In this document: positions 18,671 to 27,905 of the stretch, one piece after another
Numbering within the stretch: position 1 is the stretch's first letter
Layout: each line of letters opens with the position of its first letter
From: Candidatus Zixiibacteriota bacterium
GTDB taxonomy: Bacteria > Electryoneota > B3-LCP
Direction: 5' to 3'
Assembly (NCBI GenBank): GCA_003599535.1
Contig: QZKQ01000056.1
Coordinates: 6,124-70,123 of the forward strand
DNA: 64,000 nucleotides
Translations under genes and position numbers: made by a program
The notes under the pieces: model-generated
Seen by the model: only the letters and a program-made list of their open reading frames with translations
What the model was told of the DNA's origin: nothing
Databases searched by the model: none

Positions 18671-19675
18671 ATGACGTATCTCCCATTCATCCTGGCCCTG
18701 GGGTTGCTCCTCTGCGGCTGCGCCGAGACCTCCCACGAACCCGCCCCCGTGCCGCCGACGGATTACCCCGACTGCGCCAAGCTCCCCTCCGGCCGGGTGG
18801 ACGCCCACGCTCCAACCGTGCACGTGCCCGACTGGAGCGATCCGGTGCGGGTGGGATCGGGTATCAACACCTCCTGCCCGGAAGACGCCATCGAGATTTC
18901 CGCCGACGGGCAGACGCTGTACTTCTTCTTTTCCCAGGATCTGCTCGATTCCCTGAATCCGGCGCAGATGCTGGCCTTCCCCAACGGCACCTGGCGCGCC
19001 CGGCGCAATGGCGGCCCGGGGGATTTCGCTCTGCCCGAATGTTATGACCTGGGGCAGGGGACCGAGGCTTCGCTGGACGGCGAGCCCAGCTTTTCCCCCG
19101 ACGGCGGCCGGGTCTACTTCCATTCCCTGCGGGCGGAAAATACCGGTTACCAGCTCGACCCCCCGGAGGACGACATCCTGGACGTCTATGTGGCCGAGAT
19201 CGCCGGCGGAGTGCCGGGGCCGGGAGTCAACCTGGGGCCGCCGGTCAACAGCCCCTACAAGGACGGCGAGCAGGCCATTCATCCCGACGGCGTCAGCCTC
19301 TACTTCGCCTCCACCCGGCCCGGCGGGCTGGGCGGCGCGGACCTCTGGGTCTCCGTGCTCTCAGGGGAGGCCTGGAGCGAGCCGCTGAACCTGGGCGTGC
19401 CGGTCAATTCCCCCGCCGACGACCTCCAGCCCGCCTTCACCGCCGCCGGCGACACCGTGTACTTCGCTTCCAGCCGCGACCCCCAGGCGGGGGTTGCCAT
19501 CTACCGCTCGGCCCGCCTCGGCGCCTCCTGGAGCGACCCCGAGCTGGTGATCTCCGGCCTCGCGGGCGAACCTTCCCTCACCGCCGATGGGCAATACCTC
19601 TACTTCGTGCACGTGCTGTCCGACGCCGCGGGGCTGTTCGACGCGGATGTGTGGTATTGTGAGAGGGGGGAGTAA
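18671..19675 (+). CDS. Lipoprotein with PD40/WD40-like (TolB-type) beta-propeller repeats
   Basis: Lipobox-like LLCGC; repeated SPDGxxLYFxS and NLGxPVNS. Confidence 0.8.
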   Translation: MTYLPFILALGLLLCGCAETSHEPAPVPPTDYPDCAKLPSGRVDAHAPTVHVPDWSDPVRVGSGINTSCPEDAIEISADGQTLYFFFSQDLLDSLNPAQMLAFPNGTWRARRNGGPGDFALPECYDLGQGTEASLDGEPSFSPDGGRVYFHSLRAENTGYQLDPPEDDILDVYVAEIAGGVPGPGVNLGPPVNSPYKDGEQAIHPDGVSLYFASTRPGGLGGADLWVSVLSGEAWSEPLNLGVPVNSPADDLQPAFTAAGDTVYFASSRDPQAGVAIYRSARLGASWSDPELVISGLAGEPSLTADGQYLYFVHVLSDAAGLFDADVWYCERGE

Positions 19676-19742
19676 AGAGGGGGATACCCGGCCCGGCACA
19701 CGTACAAGCACACACATATTGCTACAATTGATGGAATTTTCT

Positions 19743-19758
19743 AAAAAAAAAAAAAAAA
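19743..19758. repeat. A16 homopolymer tract
   Basis: 16 consecutive A in an AT-rich intergenic region. Confidence 0.85.
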
Positions 19759-19927
19759 TCTCCCTTGTTTCCTGCCCCTTTTCTCCGTAACATTAATTGC
19801 GAGCTGCAACTCTGATGGTCTGCCTTAAGGGGAAGCCGCGGCTTCACCCGGGGATTGCACACGAGAACGGTATTCGGCTCGCCCGTAGCACCGTCCTGTA
19901 ACCAAATCCTAAGCAAGGAGGCCTCCC

Positions 19928-20647
19928 ATGAGAAAGATGTTCCTGGCGTACCTCGTCCTGATGTTGGTTGCAAGCACCGCATTGGCGCAGATTGACATCA
20001 ATTTGACGCCGGATGATCCCGTCACTCTGCCCCCCCAGGGCGGCATGGTGATGATCGGCGTGGAACTGACCAACACCTCGTCGGATCCGGTCACGTTCGA
20101 CGCCTGGGTGGAAGCCTTTACCCCGTTCGGCACACCCTACACCCTGGTATTCCCTGTACCCATCACCGTTCCGGGCAACTTTACCATTGAAGCAACGCTC
20201 CGCGTCCGGTTAGTGCCCCCCGCTCCCGCGGGCGAATACCAGGTGATCGCCAACGTCGGCGATTATCCGGGCACCATCATGGATGCGGATACCGTTACCG
20301 TCATCAAACAGGGGACAGATGGTCAGGCCGGTGAAGGCCAGCTGGTGTTCGGCGAGCTGGTGGGCAATTTCAGCCAGTCGCCTGCTGTCCACGCCATGGC
20401 CAAGGCGTACCCCAATCCCTTCAACCCCTCCACCGTCATCAGTTACACTCTGCCTGAGGCGGCTCAGGTGAATCTGGCGGTCTTCGATCTCGCCGGCCGC
20501 TTGGTGGCGACACTGGATGAAGGGCAGCGGGAAGCTGGTAGCTACCAGGCCGTGTTCGATGCGGCCAACCTGCCTTCCGGCACCTATCTGTACCGTCTGC
20601 AGGCGGGAAGCACCACCGTCAGCGGCAAGATGCTGCTGCTGAAGTAA
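19928..20647 (+). CDS. Small secreted protein: Ig-like module + FlgD/T9SS-A-like C-terminal domain
   Basis: Signal peptide; YPNPFNPST...SGTYLYRL...KMLLLK; AAGGAGG RBS. Confidence 0.85.
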   Translation: MRKMFLAYLVLMLVASTALAQIDINLTPDDPVTLPPQGGMVMIGVELTNTSSDPVTFDAWVEAFTPFGTPYTLVFPVPITVPGNFTIEATLRVRLVPPAPAGEYQVIANVGDYPGTIMDADTVTVIKQGTDGQAGEGQLVFGELVGNFSQSPAVHAMAKAYPNPFNPSTVISYTLPEAAQVNLAVFDLAGRLVATLDEGQREAGSYQAVFDAANLPSGTYLYRLQAGSTTVSGKMLLLK

Positions 20648-20673
20648 GTACTGCGACAGTATTGTAGTTTGCG

Positions 20674-20708
20674 GAGGCGGCCAGACAGCCGCCTCTTCTA
20701 TTTTTTTT
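20674..20708 (+). terminator. Intrinsic terminator
   Basis: GAGGCGGC/GCCGCCTC hairpin then T-tract. Confidence 0.7.
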
Positions 20709-20930
20709 GGAATAAATGCGCGTCCGGTAATCCCCCGAGCGGCTACTTCGTGGCGCACCAATCGGCTTTTATGACATCGCGCTTCTTCAGCCCACCGGAA
20801 TTACCTTCCATATACCCCTCCCAATGCCCTCCACCCCTTCCCGTATCAACTGATGTGAAATTGTTCGCGGGGCGGCCCCCTGCGCCCGCCCGCGCCTTTA
20901 CCCTGATATTGTTGCGAAAGGAAGGGATTC

Positions 20931-21734
20931 ATGGATACGGTTCTCCCGATTGAAGTCCGTACGGTACATCGCGATACCGAAGCGATCATCAACTATTTCC
21001 CCATTCCCGGATCCGGCGTGCTGCCAATGAACGCGTTTTTGATCCGCGCCCGGCAGCCGGTGCTGGTGGATACCATCTGGGCGGGCGTGCGGGACGGCTT
21101 TCTGGACCGCCTGCGCGATCTGATAGACCCCGCCGACCTGCGCTGGATCTGGCTGACCCACGCCGATCCCGACCACATCGGCAATCTGCAGCCCCTCCTG
21201 GATGAGGCTCCCGGGGCGCGGCTGGTCACCACTTTCGTGGGCATGGGCAAGATGGGCCTGATGCAGCGCCCCGTGGACCGCGTCTACCTGCTGAATCCCG
21301 GCCAGAGCCTGGACGTGGGCGACCGCCGCCTGCTGGCCCTGAAGCCTCCCACCTACGACGCCCCCGAAACCACCGGCCTGTTCGATACCCGGACCCAGAT
21401 CCTGTTCAGCGCGGACAGCTTCGGCGCCCTGCTGCCGGAACCCGCTGCCATGGCTTCCGAGATTCCCCCCGACACCCTGCGCGACGGGCTGGTGACCTGG
21501 ACCACGGTGGATTCCCCCTGGCTGAACCTGGTGGAACGGGAAAAGTTCGATCGCTCCCTGCAAGTGGTCCGCGACTTGAGTCCCCGCGCCATCCTGAGCA
21601 GCCATCTGCCGCCCGCGGTGGACATGATGGACCGCCTGCTGGAGTACCTGGGCGCCGCGCACTCCGCTCCCCCCTTCGTGGGACCCGACCAGGAGGCCCT
21701 GGAGGAGATGATGGCGGCCACGGATCAGGCCTGA
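20931..21734 (+). CDS. Metallo-beta-lactamase fold protein (FprA-N/ODP-like, no flavodoxin domain)
   Basis: LVDT, THADPDHIG, LFSADSFG, SSH motifs. Confidence 0.8.
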   Translation: MDTVLPIEVRTVHRDTEAIINYFPIPGSGVLPMNAFLIRARQPVLVDTIWAGVRDGFLDRLRDLIDPADLRWIWLTHADPDHIGNLQPLLDEAPGARLVTTFVGMGKMGLMQRPVDRVYLLNPGQSLDVGDRRLLALKPPTYDAPETTGLFDTRTQILFSADSFGALLPEPAAMASEIPPDTLRDGLVTWTTVDSPWLNLVEREKFDRSLQVVRDLSPRAILSSHLPPAVDMMDRLLEYLGAAHSAPPFVGPDQEALEEMMAATDQA

Positions 21735-21879
21735 ACCGGCAGCCACCCGTTGTCATAATCGCTCAAATAGCTCTTGACTTTTTCGCCCAAGGGATTATAT
21801 TGTCTTGCCTGAATAGCTCCGCTCATCCCGTCTTGCATCCGCTACGAACTACCAATGATTCTACTTACAAGGAGGCGCA

Positions 21880-22440
21880 ATGCCATACCTGCACAGGAAT
21901 ACTCCGGTCCGGCTGGTTTCAATCCTGTTCGCGGTCCTGTTGCTGGCCGGTTCCGCCACGGCGCAGGAACCGGAGAGCCCCGACCTGAGCGGCATTCCGC
22001 AGCCGGTCATGGAAGGCCTGAAAGCCCGCTTCCCCCAGGCCGAAATCCGGCAATGGAGCCAGGAGGAGGAAGGCGGCATCGTCGTCTATGATTTCGAATT
22101 CATCCAGGACGGGCAGAAGCTCGAAGCCGACGTCAAGGAAGACGGCTCCATCTTCAATTGGGAGAAAGCCATCGCCGCAGAAGATCTCCCGGGGAAGGTG
22201 AAGGAAACGGTCACGTTGAAGTACCCCGAAGCGTCCCTGGTGGAGATCATGGAAATCACCGCGGTGAACGAAGGGAAGGAAGCCCTCGAAGGATATGAAA
22301 TCGTGCTGAAAACCGCCGCGGACAAGGAGGTCGAGGTCATGGTGGCGCCGGACGGGAAAATCCTGGAGGAAGATGCCGTCAACCCTGAAGCAGAGACCAA
22401 ACCTCAGCGCCTTGACCGGCGCACGGAGGGGAAGAACTGA
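21880..22440 (+). CDS. Exported PepSY-like (BLIP/DUF2874-type) repeat protein
   Basis: Signal peptide; two LP..V...KxPxA...YE...DG repeats. Confidence 0.75.
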   Translation: MPYLHRNTPVRLVSILFAVLLLAGSATAQEPESPDLSGIPQPVMEGLKARFPQAEIRQWSQEEEGGIVVYDFEFIQDGQKLEADVKEDGSIFNWEKAIAAEDLPGKVKETVTLKYPEASLVEIMEITAVNEGKEALEGYEIVLKTAADKEVEVMVAPDGKILEEDAVNPEAETKPQRLDRRTEGKN

Positions 22441-22672
22441 GTCTGTCCGACAGCCTCGAGAATCCATCCGCCAGACCCTGCCGGAATTGCGTGATAAGTT
22501 GCCTCCGGAATTGCAGGAAAGCACGGGTGATGATACGCTGGCATGAAGGCCCGCTTCAGCACCGCCCCGTCCGGCCGGTTATGCTGTACCGGCCGGGAGA
22601 CCGTTTTTCAGGGTCAGGGCCGCAGTTGACATAAAGCGAAAGTCTTTGTATATATAAGCTCTGAGACCTCCC

Positions 22673-23080
22673 ATGGCGCCCACGCAATTTCTGAATCCCG
22701 ATACCCTCCACCGCAACCCCGCCTTCTCCCAGGTGGCTGTGGTCAGCGGCACGGTGCGGACCATCTACGTCGGCGGGCAGAACGCGGTGGACACTCAGGG
22801 GCAGATCGTCGGCCGGGGGGATATCACCGCCCAGACCGAGCAGGTGTTCCGCAACCTGGAAGCCGCCCTGGCCGCCGCCGGCGCCTCCCTGGAGCACGTG
22901 GTCAAATGGAACGTGTACGCCGTATCCGGGCAGCCCCTGCAGCCCGCCTTCGCCGTTTTCCAGCGGATTTGGGGACAGCGCGCCAATCCCCCGCTGATTT
23001 CCGTGCTGTTCGTCGCCGGGCTGGCGCATCCGGATTTCCTGGTGGAGATGGACGCCATGGCGGTGGCGCCGGAAGACTGA
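22673..23080 (+). CDS. RidA/YjgF family protein
   Basis: YVGGQ, QTEQVFRNL, LAHPDFLVEMDA; upstream TTGACA at 22626. Confidence 0.9.
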   Translation: MAPTQFLNPDTLHRNPAFSQVAVVSGTVRTIYVGGQNAVDTQGQIVGRGDITAQTEQVFRNLEAALAAAGASLEHVVKWNVYAVSGQPLQPAFAVFQRIWGQRANPPLISVLFVAGLAHPDFLVEMDAMAVAPED

Positions 23081-23090
23081 TGGATACCTC

Positions 23091-23990
23091 GTGGACGTGA
23101 TGACGGACACTCGCGAACGCCGCAGCCTGCTGGCCGTCAACCTGGGGCTGGCCGCCAACCTCGGACTGGCGGGCCTGAAGACGGTGGTGGGGGTGCTGGG
23201 CCACAGCCCGGCGCTTCTGGCCGACGGGATCAACTCCGTCTCCGACGTGGCCTACTACGTCGTGGTGAGCATCTTTGTGCGGCTGGCCCGCAAGCCGGCG
23301 GACGTGGAGCATCCCTACGGCCACCGGCAACTGGAGACCATCGCCGCCCTGGTGGTGGGCGCCTTCGTGGTGACTACCGCCATCGCCATCTTCTGGGACG
23401 CCGCCAACCGGGTGTACGACCTGCTGACCGGCCAGGGCGATTTCACCGGGGCGGCGGCGGTGGCGCTGCTGGTGGCCCTGTTCACGGTGGCGGTGAAGAT
23501 CGTTCTGACCGCGCTCACCCGGCGCCTCGGCCGGCAGACCGGCAATCCCGCCGTGTACGCCCTGGCGCACGACCACCGCAATGACATTTTCGCCGCCTCC
23601 GCCGCCGGCTTGGGCATTTTCCTGGGACGCATGGGCTATCCCTGGGTGGACCCCCTGGCCGGCGCCCTGGTGGCCCTGGTCATCCTGCGCACCGGCATCT
23701 ACATCCTGCGCGAATCTTCAGAAGACCTGATGGACACCGTGCCCGGGCAGGAGCTGGAACGGCGCATCCGCGAGATCCTGCGGGCCATCCCCGGCATCTG
23801 GGAAATCGAGGAACTCCAGGCCCACCGCTTCGGTCCCTACCTGGTGGTCAACATCACTATCGGGGTGGACGGCGCCATCAGCGTGGAGGAAGGGGACTGC
23901 ATCGCCACCGAAGTGGAACGAATGCTGCTGAAGGGCATAGACATGGTGCAGCGGGTCCACGTGCACTATCACCCGGCCCGGCGGCGGTAG
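23091..23990 (+). CDS. Cation diffusion facilitator (FieF-like) transporter
   Basis: SPALLADG, HPYGH, AHDHRND, VHVHYHP. Confidence 0.9.
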   Translation: MDVMTDTRERRSLLAVNLGLAANLGLAGLKTVVGVLGHSPALLADGINSVSDVAYYVVVSIFVRLARKPADVEHPYGHRQLETIAALVVGAFVVTTAIAIFWDAANRVYDLLTGQGDFTGAAAVALLVALFTVAVKIVLTALTRRLGRQTGNPAVYALAHDHRNDIFAASAAGLGIFLGRMGYPWVDPLAGALVALVILRTGIYILRESSEDLMDTVPGQELERRIREILRAIPGIWEIEELQAHRFGPYLVVNITIGVDGAISVEEGDCIATEVERMLLKGIDMVQRVHVHYHPARRR

Positions 23991-24169
23991 CCGCTCTTTG
24001 CCGGCGGAAGTACCAGCCCGGACGCGCCGCCCCGGCGGCCGATCCGGGTTTTTCATGACCTTGATTCTACAATATTTAAAAGTCAACGTATTACTCAAAG
24101 TGGCCCATGATTTAACATCGGGTGACCCGACAGAAAGTCAGCGCCGCGAACAAGCCAAGGATGAATACC

Positions 24170-24463
24170 ATGTCCCGATACCTTATTGAAGTGCCGCACG
24201 AGGAAGATACGGTGGCCTGCGCCCGCGTGGTTCGGATATTTCTGACTTCCGGCTCCCATTTCCTGTCCAACGCCGACTGGGGCTGCGAAGACGGCGAACA
24301 TTACGCCTGGATCATCATGGAGGCGGACAGCCGGGAGGAAGCCCGGACCATTTTGCCGCCGGCCTTCCGCCAGCAGGCGCGCATCATCAACCTGAACAAA
24401 TTCACCGTTGAGGAGATAGATGATATCCTCCGCTACCATCGGCAGCCGGTAGCAGCGACTTGA
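24170..24463 (+). CDS. Small hypothetical protein
   Basis: MSRYLIEVPH...WGCEDGEH; AAGGA upstream. Confidence 0.7.
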   Translation: MSRYLIEVPHEEDTVACARVVRIFLTSGSHFLSNADWGCEDGEHYAWIIMEADSREEARTILPPAFRQQARIINLNKFTVEEIDDILRYHRQPVAAT

Positions 24464-24482
24464 TGGCTTTCCTTCGTCCGGG

Positions 24483-24575
24483 AGGGGCTGTCCCAAGGGA
24501 ATGTCAATTTCATGGTGATCCGTCAGACGGCGGATCACCATGACACTACTGACCTGACCTTTTGGGACAGCCCCT
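24483..24575. repeat. Nested palindrome / MITE-like element
   Basis: Outer perfect 14-bp IR AGGGGCTGTCCCAA/TTGGGACAGCCCCT; inner perfect 13-bp IR TCATGGTGATCCG/CGGATCACCATGA. Confidence 0.7.
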
Positions 24576-24740
24576 TTCCTTTTAATAACGACAATCAAGG
24601 ATTTTTTACTTGCATATTTGCAAGAATTACGGTAAATTTCCTGTTGGGAAGCGTGGTAAAGCCTAAGTCAATATTTCCCGTAACAATCTGCCGCATGATA
24701 GCACCCCTGCGCGGTTTGCCGCCGGCGAAAGGAGGTCGTC

Positions 24741-25739
24741 ATGAGGATCTTCGTCACCGGAGCAACGGGATTTATCGGATCGCACCTGGTTCGGCGCCTG
24801 CAGGGATCACCCCACCAACTGCGCTGCCTGGTGCGTTCCACCAGCAACACCCGTCCCCTTCAAGAAGCCGGTCTGGAGTTGTTCGACGGCGATATAGCTG
24901 ATCGGGCATCCCTGGTGGAAGGGATGAAGGATTGCGATGCTGTCATTAACCTGGCTAACCTGTTTGAATTCTGGATTCCGGACAGACACCGGTTCACGTG
25001 CGTAAACGTGGAGGGTACCCGCGGCCTAATGGAGACCGCTTTGGACGCCGGAGTGCGCAAAGTTGTCCACGTCAGTACCGTGGCCATTTTCGGGAATGCG
25101 GAGTGGCCGGTCACCGAAGCCAGCCTTCCGGGCCAACGGTGCGCCAGCGAGTACGCCCGCACCAAGCGGGCCGGAGACGACCTCGCCTGGGACCTGTACC
25201 GTACCCGCCGGTTACCCTTGGTGGTGGTCTATCCCGCCTGCGTCCTGGGCTCCGGCAACACCAAGGCCGGAGGCCGCTACCTGTGTAACCTGGTGCGCGG
25301 CGCCTTGCCGGCGCAGGTATTCACTGGTCATCCCTTCCCTTTCGTGCACGTGCGGGACGTGGCTGAAGCCCTGGTCCGAGTCCTGGAAAAGGATAATAAC
25401 CTGGGAGAAAAGTACCTGGTTTCGGCGGAGAACCTGACGTTCGGAGAGATCAACCGGATGGTCTCAGAGATTGCCGGTGTACGGCTGCCCCGTTTCGTCA
25501 TGCCGGATGCCGCGGCTCTGGCCAATGCTTACATCTTGACCGGTCTTTCACGAATCACCCGCAAGCCCCCGCTGTGGGATCTCTCCCTGGATCAGGCCCT
25601 GATCATGAAGCAGGGCATGCAGGTGGACGGCGGCAAAGCCGCCCGCGAATTGGGCTTGGCCTACACCCCCATCCGCCAGGCCGTGGAAGAGGAGGTGGCT
25701 CTGGCAGTGGCGGCACAAGCCCGCCCCTCAGCCGCCTGA
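24741..25739 (+). CDS. NAD-dependent epimerase/dehydratase (extended SDR, DFR/HpnA-like)
   Basis: TGATGFIG, YARTK, FVHVRDVA. Confidence 0.9.
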   Translation: MRIFVTGATGFIGSHLVRRLQGSPHQLRCLVRSTSNTRPLQEAGLELFDGDIADRASLVEGMKDCDAVINLANLFEFWIPDRHRFTCVNVEGTRGLMETALDAGVRKVVHVSTVAIFGNAEWPVTEASLPGQRCASEYARTKRAGDDLAWDLYRTRRLPLVVVYPACVLGSGNTKAGGRYLCNLVRGALPAQVFTGHPFPFVHVRDVAEALVRVLEKDNNLGEKYLVSAENLTFGEINRMVSEIAGVRLPRFVMPDAAALANAYILTGLSRITRKPPLWDLSLDQALIMKQGMQVDGGKAARELGLAYTPIRQAVEEEVALAVAAQARPSAA

Positions 25740-25847
25740 TGATCGTGGCACTATCCGGCATCTTTAACATGCCCTCTCCCGCAGAGGGCATTTTTGCGTA
25801 TATCTGTCATAAGAGCGATACCGCAGTCATTTGGGAAGGGATTACCC

Positions 25848-26147
25848 ATGGCCTATCTTCGCACCACCGTCGCCCGGTGGGATATGGATCTTTTTTCCCC
25901 GGAAGCGGAAGAGATCTTCCGCCGCATCGGGACGGAGGGCGTGCAGGTCTTCCGCCGGCAGCCGGGATTCGTCCGTTACCGCCTGATGCGAGCCGACGCC
26001 TCCACCACCGTGGCGGTGGCGGAATGGGAATCCGAAGCGCTGGGCCTGGCCGGGGCGCAGAACTTCCGGGCCTGGCTGGGCGAGAGCGGGATCATGGATC
26101 ACCTGACCCTGGAAACCCGGGCCGGCGACCTCGTCGCCGCCTCCTGA
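25848..26147 (+). CDS. ABM-like dimeric alpha/beta barrel protein
   Basis: RRQPGFVRYRL...VAEWESE. Confidence 0.65.
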   Translation: MAYLRTTVARWDMDLFSPEAEEIFRRIGTEGVQVFRRQPGFVRYRLMRADASTTVAVAEWESEALGLAGAQNFRAWLGESGIMDHLTLETRAGDLVAAS

Positions 26148-26155
26148 GATTACCC

Positions 26156-26689
26156 ATGCGCCACATCATTCTCTATATTGCCTCCAGCCTGGACGGGTAC
26201 CTCGCCCGCCCCGACGGCGGCCTGGACTGGCTGCCCCAGCCGACGGAAGCGGAGGACTACGGATACCGGGATTTCTACGCCTCCATAGATACCATTATCA
26301 TGGGGCGCAAGACCTACGACCTGATCCTGACCCTGGGGCCGTACCCCTACGCCGGAAAAACCGTCTATGTCCTGTCCCGCACCCGCGCCGGGGAGCGGGA
26401 CGAGCGCGTGCAGTTCATCGGCGGCGATATTGCTCGCTGGGCTGCGGACCTGAAAGCCGCCCCCGGAAAGGACCTCTGGCTGGAAGGGGGTGGGGAGGTG
26501 GTGCGCGAATTCCTGGCCGCCCGGTTGATTGACCGCCTCATCCTGACCGTTGTCCCCGTGCTGATCGGCCGGGGCCTCCCGCTGTTTCCACCCGGAGAAT
26601 ACGGCGACCTCACACTGCGCCTGATACGGACCATTCCCTACCCCGATGGGCTGGTGCAGGTGACCTACGATGTGATTCGTCCGGTATAG
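26156..26689 (+). CDS. Dihydrofolate reductase-like (RibD C-terminal) protein
   Basis: YIASSLDGY, MGRKTY, WLEGGG, PVLIGRGLPLF. Confidence 0.9.
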   Translation: MRHIILYIASSLDGYLARPDGGLDWLPQPTEAEDYGYRDFYASIDTIIMGRKTYDLILTLGPYPYAGKTVYVLSRTRAGERDERVQFIGGDIARWAADLKAAPGKDLWLEGGGEVVREFLAARLIDRLILTVVPVLIGRGLPLFPPGEYGDLTLRLIRTIPYPDGLVQVTYDVIRPV

Positions 26690-26734
26690 CCCACCCCAAC
26701 TTCCTGCCTCTTCCCTAAAAATCCCACGAAACGC

Positions 26735-26763
26735 TTGCAAAACAGGCCTTTCGTGCGTATTTT
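26735..26763 (+). promoter_or_regulatory. Sigma70-type promoter
   Basis: TTGCAA-N17-TATTTT upstream of the M42 peptidase. Confidence 0.5.
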
Positions 26764-26804
26764 AGGGCGAACTCTATTTCGCTATTCAACTTGGGAGAAA
26801 TTCA

Positions 26805-27839
26805 ATGGATCTGCTGCAGCGGCTCACCTCCGCGACGGGCATTTCGGGCTGGGAGGACGAAGTCCGTTCCCTGATTCTGGCCGAAATGGAACCGCTGGTG
26901 GACGAGGTTTCCACCGACGTCATGGGCAACGTCATCGGCCGGCGCGCGGGCAAGGGCGGCCCCCGGCTGGTCATCGCCGCGCACATGGACGAGATCGGCT
27001 TCATGGTCAACCATATTGACGACAAGGGCTTCCTCCGCATCATCCCCATCGGCGGTTTCGATCCCCGGACCCTGATGGCGCAGAAGGTCATGGTCCACGG
27101 CCGCCGGGATCTGCCCGGCGTTATCGGGTCCAAGCCCATCCACGTTCTTTCCGAAGAGGAGAAGAAGAAGACGCTGAAGGTGGAAGATTACTTCGTGGAC
27201 GTGGGTCTGCCCGGCAACATGGTCAAGGAACTGGTCAGCCCGGGCGATCCCGTCACCTGGCTGCGCGACTACACCGAGTTTGGCGAGTGCGCCGCCAGCA
27301 AGGCCTTCGACGACCGCGTGGGCGTCTACGTCATGATCGAGGCGCTGCGCAAGGTCAAGGGCAAGCCGTTGAACGTGGAACTCTATGCCGTGGCTACAGT
27401 TCAGGAAGAAGTGGGGGTGCGCGGCGCCACCACTTCGGCCATTGGGATTGACCCGGACATCGGCATCGCCATTGACATCACCCTGGCCAACGACGTCCCC
27501 GGCGCGGCCGATCATGAGCGCATCACCACCCTGGGTGGCGGAGCGGCCATCAAGATCATGGACAGCTACTCCATCTCCAATCCCAAGCTGGTGGACCACC
27601 TGAAGAAGGTGGCCGAGAAGAAGAAGATCAAGTACCAGATGGAGATCCTGCCCCGCGGCGGCACCGACGCCGGCGCCATCCAGCGGGCGGGGAAGAAGGC
27701 CGCCGTGGTCACCATCTCCATCCCCACCCGCTACGCCCATTCCACGGTGGAGGTGATCCACCGCAAGGACGTGCAGGCCTGCATTGACCTGCTGGCCGCC
27801 TACCTGCAGGACACCGCGCCGCGGGATTACGTGCTGTAA
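26805..27839 (+). CDS. M42 family aminopeptidase (TET/FrvX-like)
   Basis: AHMDEIG, KAFDDRVG, TVQEEVG, GGTDAG, PTRYAHS. Confidence 0.95.
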   Translation: MDLLQRLTSATGISGWEDEVRSLILAEMEPLVDEVSTDVMGNVIGRRAGKGGPRLVIAAHMDEIGFMVNHIDDKGFLRIIPIGGFDPRTLMAQKVMVHGRRDLPGVIGSKPIHVLSEEEKKKTLKVEDYFVDVGLPGNMVKELVSPGDPVTWLRDYTEFGECAASKAFDDRVGVYVMIEALRKVKGKPLNVELYAVATVQEEVGVRGATTSAIGIDPDIGIAIDITLANDVPGAADHERITTLGGGAAIKIMDSYSISNPKLVDHLKKVAEKKKIKYQMEILPRGGTDAGAIQRAGKKAAVVTISIPTRYAHSTVEVIHRKDVQACIDLLAAYLQDTAPRDYVL

Positions 27840-27905
27840 CCGCTTCCAATTCGGCTGAAACCGCGCCGGGGCCGTCCTCGGTCCCGGCGCTTCCACAACC
27901 ATATC

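Noticed and set aside
19800..19920. Riboswitch in the leader of the secreted protein gene
   Set aside because: No conserved core of a known class was recognised by eye; needs an Rfam/Infernal scan
22441..22546. Possible gene remnant (ESIRQTLPELRDKLPPELQ...) with a CCGGAATTGC direct repeat
   Set aside because: No start or RBS and no recognisable homology; too short to support
25840..26158. Identical GATTACCCATG at the starts of two adjacent genes
   Set aside because: An 11-bp match that includes the ATG; could be an insertion scar but cannot be told from chance
1..26689. Integron cassette array
   Set aside because: No integrase, and no repeated RYYYAAC...GTTRRRY attC structures were seen between genes
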